DNA from: Calditrichia bacterium
GTDB taxonomy: Bacteria; Calditrichota; Calditrichia; JAJRVZ01
NCBI GenBank assembly: GCA_963777955.1
Contig: CAVZSQ010000013.1
Coordinates: 192,001 to 256,000, forward strand
DNA length: 64,000 nucleotides
Direction of reading: 5' to 3'
The position numbers were made by a program, and so were the translations under genes. Position 1 is the first letter of the stretch. Each line of letters starts with the position of its first letter. A model generated the notes under the pieces. The model worked only from the letters and a program-made list of their open reading frames with translations, did not search any database and was not told the origin of the DNA. Shown piece by piece: positions 37,005 to 47,527 of this stretch.

Positions 37005-40000
37005 TTAACCGCTATGATACGGTTCAAAACGCTCTTTGATTTCCCGGATAATCTGTACAAAATCCTGTTCGATCTGCGGGAGATCTTCCCGGGTAAACGT
37101 GATCGGGCAATGCTGATCCAGGTGAGTAAAATAAAAATTTACCGTGTATTGCTGCTGCTGTGGATATAAATGGGCCAGTAATAAAGCATAGGTTTGTATC
37201 TGGATATTATAACGCTCCAGCACTTCCTGCACCTGCGTCCGCTCAATCCGGTTGGTTTTATAATCCAGAATCTCCCATTGTCCGGCTTCATTTTGAAATA
37301 TTTTATCCAGGGTACCGGTGATAAAATCACCGTCCAGCTGCATGAGCACTGCTACTTCATTTTGCGCTGTCCGGGCTGTCAGCACCTGCTGCATAAAAGG
37401 TGAATTCCGGATTTTAGGCACCAGTCCCTGTACATCCTGCCGCAGTTCCTGAATAAGATTCGGTTCACTGATATCAAATTCAAACAACCAGCGTTCAATG
37501 TCCTGCTGCGGATAAAATTGCAGGTAGCGATGCAGCAATTTCCCCTTCAGCAGGGCTTTTTCTTCTATAGATGTTGCCAGACGAAAACTTTTATAATCCC
37601 CCTCAAAATAACCCAGATGATAACGGCGGTAATATTCTTCCCTGTTCTCCCGGAAAGCCATTAATTGCGTGGCAGAAAAAATCTCACCCTGCGGATGGTC
37701 AGGGATACTTTTCAGGAACAAGGGTAATTCGCGAGAGGCAGGTTTTTGCTTCAATATGTCTTTCAACTGCTGTAAAGAACCAAAAACTTTGCTGAAAGTT
37801 GAATCCTCACTGACCGCAGAAGTCAAGGCCGTCCGCCTGACCCGTATAGTGCTGTTCTCCCAGTCGAATATCTCCCCCTCCCGGAGATCCTGCGGCTGGC
37901 GTCGCCAGGCCTGCAGCAACCAGTACAATGGCGTTTGAACCGGCACTTTTTGTTCGTCACAACAGGCACTGAGTACCAGCTGATCCTGGGCCCGGGTGCA
38001 ACCGACATAGAACAGGCGTTTTAATTCGGCCAGTTCTTTCTGCCGCTGTTCCTGCCGGACCAGGTTAAGCAGGCAGTACGAATCAGATTCCGGATAGTCC
38101 GGCGGCAATCCCATTTTACGGATGTGGGAGACCAGGCCAAGTTTTTCGTCAAAATAGGCTTCATCGGCACGGGGCACCCGGATTTTTTGCTCCAGATAAG
38201 GAAGAAATACCACCGGAAATTCGAGACCTTTGGCCTGATGAATAGTCATTACTTTTACGGTAAAGCGGTCCTCCAGTGCCAGAGGCGCTTCCCCCTCCTT
38301 GACCTGGGTATTGATCAGGTTTTGCAAATAACCGGTAAATTCACTGATCGTGGTAAAACCGGTCCGTTCAAATTCGGCGGCCAGAGCCAGAATTTTATCC
38401 AGATTAGCCGCCAACTGTTCACCCGGCAACTGGGCGCACATGACCGCGCGATACCCGCTTTGCTGGAATATTTCCCGCAGCAACTCCGAAAAATAAATGC
38501 CATCCCGCCGGTTCAGCCAGCCGCAGGCCTGCTGCCGGAAATATACCAGTTTATCCTGCTCGGCAGCAACTAAACCAGGGATTGCCGGCAGCTGCTCCAG
38601 TTTAGCCCAGTAACTGCCCGTATTTTTCGCCAGGGCCAGAAAAAGCAGAGTATCATCTGAAATGCCGGCAAAGGGCGAACGCAACAGGCCGATCAACGCC
38701 GGATCATCATGGGGATTCAACAGGAAACGCAGCAGATGATACACATCATAAATCTCCTGGCGCTGATAGAAACCAATGCCACCGATGGTTTTAAAAGGAA
38801 TCTCCTGCCGGCGCAATTGTTCTTCGACAGCGCTCAAATGATTACGGGTGCGCAGCAGAACTGCGACCTGGCCCGGTTGAATACCGGAATCGTTCAGATA
38901 TCTGTTTTATTCGTACAGCAATGAATTCTGCCTGAAGGTCAGAATCAGACTTTTCCTCCAGCAGGGCAAATTCGATCTGTCCTCCGGCTGCATCCCCGCG
39001 CTGGCTCGCTAACCGGGAATATTCCACCTCCCACTGATTCAGCTCCGAGTGTTGCATAATCCGGCTGAAACAGGCATTAATAAAAGAAGCCAGGTTTTCC
39101 TTAAAACGAAAACTCTCCTGGAAAACTACATTGCCCGGATACTGTTCTGCCGCAGTTGTACCGGCGAATTCCCGGCGGACGCGGTTAAAAACGCGGACAT
39201 CGGCATTACGAAAACCATATATTGACTGCTTGGGATCGCCGACAATGAAAAATTTATTTTGCTGCATCTCGCCCAGTTGCGCAATGATTTCCCATTGCAG
39301 CAGATTGGTATCCTGGAATTCATCCACCAGGATGAACTTGAATTGAGCGGCAATACGCTGGCATAAATCTGCATTATTCAGTAATAAATTCCTGACCCGT
39401 ATCAGCATATCCTCAAAGTCAATCCAACCCTGTTCATCTTTCTGGTCTGTATAACTTTTTTCTACCTTGGCATACAATTGATATAATTTTTGCAACTGCT
39501 GCAAAACCCGGCGGTCGACCAGACCGGGCGGAAGCATGGAAGTTTCCTTTAACCAGCGGGCGATGGGTGCAAGTAATCCGGAAAGTTGTTTTAAATGTTC
39601 CGCCGATCCATTTTTCCAGGATTTATCTCCGCCCAGCGGAGTAAGCACTTTATAGGCTGTGGCCTGCCCGGTCGTACAAGTCCGGGCCAGTTCAAAAAGA
39701 CTGGTCCAATATTCAAGGTCCGCTCGATCGGGCAGAGCGGAAAATTTTTCAATGATTCCACGAACTTTGCGGGCTTGTTCATGTTCCTGTGTTGTGCCGG
39801 AAATTTCATGCAGGATAGTTGTGCCAAGCGCCCGGACTTCTGCGAACGGATAATCCCGGAATGCAGCTTGTACACTGTTCAGGAAAAGATTGGATAATTC
39901 CTGGTACAGCATGTCTGCAGAACTGTTCTGATATTTCTGCACTAACGGTTGCATCTCGAAGCGGTGTTGCAGGCCGCTGCGTAATAATTCCTGAACCTGC

Positions 40001-40512
40001 CGGGTGCCAAATAATCTGAACAGATCCAGCCATTGCTGTTCATCAGCACTGATTTTTTCAAGTTCACTGCTGATGGTTTGTTCAATCAACAGTTCATTCT
40101 GCATTTCATTCAGTTGGCTGAAGTCCGGATCCAGTCCTGCTTCAACCGGATATTCCCGCAGAATCCTCAGGCAAAAGGCATGGATAGTTGAAATATAGGC
40201 AGAACTCAGGCGGTCACGCAGATCCAGCAATTCCTGGCGTCGGGGCAGGGTTGCTGTCTGATTCAGCAATTCATCCAGGCGTCCGGCTACCCGGTTGATC
40301 ATCTCAGCTGCCGCTTTGTTGGTAAAAGTAATCGCTAAAATTTCCCGGATATTAACCCCTGCGGTTAGCAGCAGATCCAGATAACGCTCTACCAGCACCC
40401 TGGTCTTTCCGGTACCTGCTCCGGCAGTTACAGCCAGATTGAGATTGCGCTGCAGCGCCCGGCGCTGTGTCGGCGTCAATTTTTCCGTAGATTGCTTAGC
40501 GATTACTGGCAT
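37005..40512 (-). CDS. addA: AddA-type UvrD helicase/nuclease (apparent +1 frameshift near 38900)
   Basis: AGAGTGKT, TFTNKAA, VDEFQDTN, VGDPKQSIYGFR in 38842..40512; MTIHQAKGLEF, YVGCTRA and nuclease G.LD...ILDYKT in 37005..38837. Confidence 0.9.
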
Positions 40513-40663
40513 GCGGTTAATTTAAGCGGTACAGCGCAGCGATGCATTAATATTTATACTGGAGATTTAATGAGCCTGCATTGTATTGATGTTGAAACCC
40601 GGTAGATAGCGAGTAAATTATAAGGCTAACGAGTAAGAATCTTCGATTTCAAATGTTATAAAG

Positions 40664-40695
40664 ATTTCTCACCCCGATTTATCGGGGTGAGAAAT
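40664..40695. repeat. Perfect 15-bp inverted repeat (REP-like palindrome or terminator)
   Basis: ATTTCTCACCCCGAT-TT-ATCGGGGTGAGAAAT. Confidence 0.7.
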
Positions 40696-40740
40696 GATAA
40701 ATTGATACTTTTGAATCTTCCAGAAAGCACAGACTAAAAT

Positions 40741-41166
40741 TTATTCCTGGCTGATCTTAAGCCTGAGCGGTTTTATTTTCTTAGTTTCGCCTAAGGTTTT
40801 TTTAAGATCAGCCGGTGTGGACTTGGATTTAATGTTTTTCTTTTCCAGTTCAAGTCTTGGCCCGGAATCAACAGCCGAACCAAATTTTACCCGCACTTTT
40901 TTATCACCGCTGCGCGTATTGGTCACGATCCTCACCGCTACCTTCTGCGTTGATTTTCCTTCCTGCCGATAAGTGCTGACATTCTCCTGATTATTGTTCT
41001 CCGCTGCAGATTTATTTTGCTGTACACTTGATTGTGATGTGGTTTGCGCACCCGGTTGGAGTTGCTCCGGATTTTGCGGCTGCAGCTTAGCCGCTTTACT
41101 CGTTTCCTGCGCCCAACCGCTCAGGGCAAAGAACAGGATCAAACTGACGATTGCTATTTTTTTCAT
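40741..41166 (-). CDS. Hypothetical secreted protein
   Basis: Signal peptide MKKIAIVSLILFFALSGWA-QET, Gln/Ser/Asn-rich linker, basic C-terminus; GAGG RBS. Confidence 0.8.
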   Translation of the reverse strand: MKKIAIVSLILFFALSGWAQETSKAAKLQPQNPEQLQPGAQTTSQSSVQQNKSAAENNNQENVSTYRQEGKSTQKVAVRIVTNTRSGDKKVRVKFGSAVDSGPRLELEKKNIKSKSTPADLKKTLGETKKIKPLRLKISQE

Positions 41167-41210
41167 ATATTCCTCATTCTATTTCTCGATACAATTTTTA
41201 TACTTTTCGC

Positions 41211-42632
41211 TTAGTTTTTAACTGATACGTCGATCCACTCGCCATGGGTGACCAGGGAGTTTTTGTTTTTCCCGGTTGTATATTCGACGTAAGACTCGTA
41301 TGCAGAAATCATCAACTATGTTCATATCGCCAGTTGATTGTACTCGAATTGCGGAATATAACTGCGGCATAATCGGGGAAGATGAATCTGCGCCCAGGTA
41401 AAATCCGAACCCATAAGTCATGTAATAACCCGACATAGAATACATCATTGGCCGAGATATCCACATCCAGCCGGGGATAATAGTTATTGCCATCATAGGC
41501 GATGTAGACATTGGTAGTCCCGTCGTACAGATAGGTACTCGGCATATTATTAATAGTAGAACTCCATATTTTAAAATTAGCATAAGAAGCAGTAGTATCG
41601 CGGGAAGTTACGTACAGATAAATTTCCCTGACCGAACAGGTAACTGTGCCGGACGGTTTGTCAAAGCGGACGGCAAAATAGGATGGCAGATCGGAAGAAA
41701 GCGCATCTTCCAGATAACTGTCATCGTAGTACAGCCAGGTACCCAGGGGCGCCTCATCTTCCCCGCTGAGTTCAAGTTGAACATCATTCAGATCTGAATT
41801 CGTGGCTGCATCATCCGTATCTTCAATATAAGATCCCACATCATAATACGCATCGATCTTGAAATCGTACAGCCCGTGAGGAAAGTTATCGATGAATACA
41901 GCGACGGCATCAGCCGGATTGGCCCCGGTAATAGTAAAGGTTTCGGTTACGGCCAGCAGACTGTAGGTGCCGCTGCTGTAACTTTTCTGATATATGACCA
42001 GATATACATATGTGGTTACACCCAGATTTACATCAACATCAACGACCAGATCAGCCTGCGAAGCATAGCCGTCTTCGTCATTATCGACCACATTGTCCCA
42101 ATAGGCATCATAAATGGTTAAAGCCGCATCGGTGATGGATTCTTCGATCAGTATATCTAGTAAGGGCATCACCAAAATTATCATCATTGTAACTGGCCAT
42201 TTCCAGAATGGGATTCTCGGGATCAGACTCTTCGAATACCTGAATCAGGAAATCATAACTGCCTTCCGGTAATTCATCATTCGGCGAACCAACTGAAATA
42301 AAGACCGCATCTTCCCTGGTCGAACCGTCAATCGTAAAAACTGTACTTTCCATATAGCCATAATAACCCGCCGTGTCCAGCGGATCGGTAAAACGAACAC
42401 CGATCCACACGAACAAATTCGCACTACCACTGCTGACATCCAGGTCAAAATTCAGACGCAGATAGGAAAAGTAATCATCACTGTCGTTATCAACACCATT
42501 CGAAAACCAGACATCATAAAAGGAGACTACCTGCTTTTTCGGTTTTGATTCGCTGCTGGAACTGCAATTATTAAAATAAACTGATAAAAGTAAAATAAGA
42601 GCAACGCAGCAGAGTCGCTTGAAAATCTTCAT
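41211..42632 (-). CDS. Predicted lipoprotein with two choice-of-anchor-H-like domains plus a C-terminal beta domain (multiple apparent frameshifts)
   Basis: Hydrophobic signal then C-SSSS; repeats VDNDSDDYFS..FDLDV..FTIDG..DAV..G.YDF and VDNDEDGYAS..VDVDV..FTITG..DAV..G.YDF. Reconstructed from three ORF fragments; 3' end inferred. Confidence 0.65.
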
Positions 42633-42782
42633 AAAAGACTCCTCACTTTAATTTTAAAATAATAATGATTTTATCACCATTCAGAGCAAATTGGATTCAG
42701 AGTTATATCTGACTATTAATATTAATCATACAATAGCTAAAATCAATATTTATTTTCGGCCGGTAATTAAAAGAAATGAGAT

Positions 42783-45700
42783 TTAATTTTCTGCGGTGGC
42801 AGCCAGTGCTTTCAGTTTGGCTACATCTTTACGGCAAATCTTATTATACGGACAATAACTCTGGCAGCGCTCATCTTGCGGCTGAGTGGTATGATAAAAT
42901 TTTCCCCGGCTGATATTTTCCGTGTACTCAATAACAAAATCCAGGGAGCGCCCGATCAAATCCTGCAGGGTTATTTCCTCCCCATCTATTTTAACCGGCA
43001 GAAGTGTCTTGACTTTTTTCTTATCAAACCGTTCCGGTTGAGCGCCGCTATCGGCAAATACAGTATAGCGTTGACAATGATCGGCATCGCGTACCTGATA
43101 ATATCCGGCCGCCACGGGTGCAACTTTGGGCAGTAGCCGGCCGATCACATGTAAATATACCGGCAACTGCAGACTTCTGCCCTGGTAGAGATCTTCGACC
43201 TTGACGTTATCCACCCTGCTGCTGATTTTATAATCAAAGACCAGTAATTGCTGCTGTTGATTTATATCCACCCGGTCGATCTTGCCCACCAACCTGACCT
43301 TTTTATCCCGTTGCTGAATTGTAACAGGCCGCGGGCTGGAAAGCGGATCCTGGTAGCGGCCGCTTCCCGCACGTCCGAAAGCAACCTCAAAGTGGGCCGG
43401 CTGAAATCCGGTGAGCTGTTATTTCCGCAGTTTCCAGATCGATAAACTTTTCCCATAGTCCGGGAACACCTTCACGGCCAAAATATATTTCTTTTTCCAG
43501 GGTCCATAACAATCCGGAATACGGCAATTTATCAAATTCCTCTGCAGCAATCTTTACCAGCAGACCGAGCTGATCACCGGGATTCAGGCTGCTCTTTTTG
43601 TCCGCCAATTCCGCATAAAAGCGGAACAGGATCCGGTGCACCAGCGATCCCTTCTCCAGTGCGGTAATCTCAGCTTCTACTTCCTCTTCCTCTGCCAACT
43701 TCATTATCCGGTTCAGGAAGTATTGCATGGGACAGAAAGCATAACTTTCCAGTGCGGTGATAGAGAAAGGTTTTGACGCGAAAGTCTGCTGAAGAAGTTC
43801 TACCGCTACAGAATTTTCCTGGAGATTGCCTTCAAAACGATTCCGGCTGAAGCGGTTTAATTTTCTATAAGCGTTCTCCACTCCTGTCAACCAGTGTGTT
43901 GCGGCAGACAGGTTATTCAACGTCAACCAGTCTTTAAACCATTCCAGTTGCTGAGCAGTGAGAGCGGATTTGAAATTAGCACTCAGGTATTCTGAAAAAG
44001 TGTTGTTGGTTTGTGGCAGGGCTTCCGGGAGTGTATCATTTTCGATTTTTAGATGCAGATGCAGAGCAGAGCATCTGCATCTGCACCGGCACCTGCATCC
44101 TTTAAACTGGCCAGAAATGTTGAAGGTAACAATTCAATGTCGTTGCTGAATTTCGGGCAGGTTAGATAAACCTGTTCAGCGCTGGATGCCAGCAATTGAT
44201 AAAACAGGAAGCGGTCCTGGGCCAGTATATCTTCAGAAGCAGTCAAGCCCATTTGCTGGCGTTCCTGGTCATTAAAAAAAATGTCACGGCGGAAATGGCG
44301 GGGGAAATTTCCCTCCAGTAATCCGCCGATAAACAAATAATTACATTCCAGGGCCTGTATTTCCAGACGTGGCATGATCTGCACACCGTAATTTGACCAC
44401 TCGCGCAGATTAAAAGTTTCCTGTTGGATCAGCAACTTCAAATTACGGTAATAGTCGGACAGTGTTATGGCATTATCCTGCCACTGGAATTGCAGGATCC
44501 AGGTTAACTGTTCCAATAGTTTGATAAAACGGTTAAAGGCTCGGTAGATCCGTTCCTGTTCCTGGCGATTTAAATAATTTTGTTCATGTTCCAGCCAGTT
44601 CAACATTCCCAATTCAGACAGAACCCTGATAAAATGTTCCTTGAGCAGCACTGCCGGTGCGCTGGCGGGCAGGGATTGCAGGGAATGGATCAGGGGCGGC
44701 AGGCCGGACATCATTTTTTCAAGGGCCAGGAGATACTCAACATCGGTCTCTTCCTCGTCTGCTGCTTGCTGATCTTTTTTATGTTTGATAAAGGCCTGCA
44801 CCTGTTGCTGCCAATCCCTGCTCAGGTGTTTCATTCTCATTTGCCGGATTAATCGTTTCCAGGTCGCAGCCATATTTTCATGGCTATTAATAAGCGGTGA
44901 TAATAGCAAGGCGTAGACCTGCTCACAGTCAAAGCCCTGTGTTACTACTTTAAGCACCTGCAGATAGGACTGGATCAGCGAAGACTGGGCTAATGAAAAA
45001 CCGGTGGAAAGATTATAAGCGATTCCGGCATCTTTAAAAGCATTCCTGATCAGCGGGGCATAATTTTCCAGGTCGGGGAAGGTAATACCGAACTGGTGCA
45101 GGGGCAGACCGGTTTGCTGATGGAGTTTTTTAACAGTGGCAGCGATAAAGGCTACTTCCTGTTCTTTATTTTTCAGGATCCGGGCTGATATATCTTCGAC
45201 TCTCGCTGGCCGGTTCGACAGCGTAAGAGGTTTTAAAAAAATTCTGGTAAAGTGTATCCTGTCCGGACTCTTCTTTGATTTCTGCAGAGGAAAATTTCTG
45301 GAGTGTTTCGAAAGCCGGGCGGGTATGGGCAAATAATTCCTGATTTTGTTCATTGTATTCCAGTTTAATTTCCACCTGGCACCAGTCTTTGACCTTGTTA
45401 ATAAAATCAATCATCGGGGGTGTATAGATTCCATAGCCGCTGACGTAAATATATTGAACGGCGGGGAAAATCTGCCGGAACAGATTTTGATCCAGGCCCT
45501 GCACAGACTCTGACGATCACCCCCCGCTCGTCCAGTAATTGATCATTATATTTATTATGGAGGGAAGATAGAATCCTGCCAAAGTCTTTATATTTTTCCC
45601 GGCAGGTTGAAGGCGGTTGGGCAAAGTCTTTGGGCTGATAACCGAATTCACAGAACTCATCGAGCATCTGGTCAATATGGTTAATTAATCCCGAATTTGT

Positions 45701-46036
45701 CGGAAATTGATTCTTAAAATAAGTAAGGTCCAGCCCCTGTTCCCGGAGGATCTGGTTTATCAGAATTAACCGCATCGTTCGCGGAATAATTTTTCTGGGC
45801 CTGGATACAAATTGATAAATATAGCGGGTCAAGGAATTGAAGGTGAACAGGTGCGGATCAATCAGAATATGATCAGTAGTTTTTGTGACTAATTTTTTTG
45901 TTAAATAACGTACCGCCCGGTTGACGGGCAGCAGATAGATAAATGAATCCGCTCGCTGCTGGAGAAGTTCGATAATTTTATCAAGGAAATAATAATATTT
46001 CCCCTGAGGACCGGTATGTAGAGTCAATCCTGGCAT
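42783..46036 (-). CDS. addB: AddB-type PD-(D/E)XK nuclease subunit (broken into five ORFs by apparent errors)
   Basis: SITALESYAFCPMQYF, GSLVHRIL, GKIDRVD, VFDYK, LQLPVY, C-x3-C-x5-C (Fe-S staple cysteines). Confidence 0.85.
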
Positions 46037-46049
46037 AATATCTAAGTTT

Positions 46050-46081
46050 AGTACCTGAGTTCCTTAGTCCCTAAGTCCCTT
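46050..46081. repeat. Octamer tandem repeat AGTnCCTn x4
   Basis: AGTACCTG AGTTCCTT AGTCCCTA AGTCCCTT. Confidence 0.65.
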
Positions 46082-46089
46082 TCGCCTGG

Positions 46090-46154
46090 TACCCTCTTTG
46101 TCCTCTGAATCTCCTCCCTACATATAAGGGAGGCTGGACATAGGAGCTCGGGTT
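46090..46154. repeat. REP-like long hairpin, copy 1
   Basis: Core CCTCCCT-ACATATA-AGGGAGG (46113..46133), similar to 53196..53250. Confidence 0.6.
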
Positions 46155-46164
46155 ATCTGTGCCT

Positions 46165-47511
46165 TTATATCACTTCCCTCTTCTCCACGAACTTGAATCC
46201 TGCTTTTTTCAATTCCGGTAAAACCCGGGTATAGATCGCCGGGTGCGTGGGAATGTGACATCCGCTCAGGGGTAGTTGGCCGGTGAGCAACAACCTGGCC
46301 GCTATGGCGGCAGGCAGGCCCACGGCTTTAGCCATCGCAGTAAAGCCACCCGGTTCACCATACTCAATAAATGTGGAAGTAATCTTTTCTTTGCTTTTTT
46401 TCTCGACGGGATACTCAACTTCAAACTCATGCAGGATCAAAACCATATCGCGATCCTTATCCGCCAATTTCAGTTTCTTTTTCAGCAACTCGATCATGAC
46501 CGCCGAGGGAGTATCGCCATTACAGTTAACAATGTCATCGGAAAATAATCCCAACCAGGTCAGGTTATCCATGATCTTACCGGTAGGATGAATATTCAGG
46601 AAATTAGCCACGCGATGTTCCAGGTCAGCACCCGTGGAGTGTTGCGGCAGGAACATTTCCACCAGATCGCGATAGGTATATTTGTTCAGATCAGGTATAT
46701 GCATTTCCTCATTGGGCAGGCCCAGGCGCACTACCTGCAGCCAGGTCTCGCTCCAACCCGGATAACGCAGGGTGCCGCGGATCATGGTGTGTGTTTCTTC
46801 CAGGCCCAGCAATGCCCGGTATTTCAATGAATCGCGGTTGGGATATGCTTCCAGTTTCCCGATCCCCTCCAGTTGAACCGTCCAGGTGCGATGAAAAACT
46901 TCATGCGGCGGCAATATTTTAACTTTATTTTTTGACATATACTGGGCACCCGCTTCTCCTGCCATCACTACGTTGCGGGGATTCCAGGTGATGACATAAC
47001 GCAGGGGATTGGTGGAAGAATCCGGTGCCGGCAGTCCGCTGCCGTAAGATTTGAAACTGGCGATCTTCCCCCCTTTGTCCCGTACTTCCTGAATTACTTT
47101 CATGGCCGACATGTGATCAATGCCAGGATCAAGACCCATTTCATTGAGTATTAAAACTCCTTTACGCTGAGCATCAATATTTATTTCATTCATCCGGTCA
47201 TCCTGGTAAGAGGCCGTGATCAGATGTTTTCCTTTGGCAATACAAAGTAAGGCCAGAACATATTGATAAAAAGGGGGCAGAAAACTGATTACGACATCGG
47301 ATTTCTCGATCTGGCTCTGGCGGGCTTCGGTATCATTTATATCAAAAGACAGACTGTTACCGCGGGGATGATTTTTGATTACTCTTTTAGCTACATCGGG
47401 TTCCTTATCGCCAACAGTTATGAACCAGTCGTTTTGAACAGCCTGTTTCAGTAAATAGTCAATCATGTATGGGGTGCTCAATCCGGCACCTAAAACCAAA
47501 ACATTTTTCAT
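46165..47511 (-). CDS. Saccharopine dehydrogenase (Lys9-like) family oxidoreductase
   Basis: Rossmann VLVLGAG, NEMGLDPGIDHM, NPLRYVITWNP, EAYPNRDS, RGTLRYPG. Confidence 0.9.
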   Translation of the reverse strand: MKNVLVLGAGLSTPYMIDYLLKQAVQNDWFITVGDKEPDVAKRVIKNHPRGNSLSFDINDTEARQSQIEKSDVVISFLPPFYQYVLALLCIAKGKHLITASYQDDRMNEINIDAQRKGVLILNEMGLDPGIDHMSAMKVIQEVRDKGGKIASFKSYGSGLPAPDSSTNPLRYVITWNPRNVVMAGEAGAQYMSKNKVKILPPHEVFHRTWTVQLEGIGKLEAYPNRDSLKYRALLGLEETHTMIRGTLRYPGWSETWLQVVRLGLPNEEMHIPDLNKYTYRDLVEMFLPQHSTGADLEHRVANFLNIHPTGKIMDNLTWLGLFSDDIVNCNGDTPSAVMIELLKKKLKLADKDRDMVLILHEFEVEYPVEKKSKEKITSTFIEYGEPGGFTAMAKAVGLPAAIAARLLLTGQLPLSGCHIPTHPAIYTRVLPELKKAGFKFVEKREVI

Positions 47512-47527
47512 GTTTATTGTCCCTTTT

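Noticed and set aside
37005..46036. Anti-phage helicase-nuclease system or Cas4
   Set aside because: Domain order, sizes and Fe-S cysteine pattern match housekeeping AddAB
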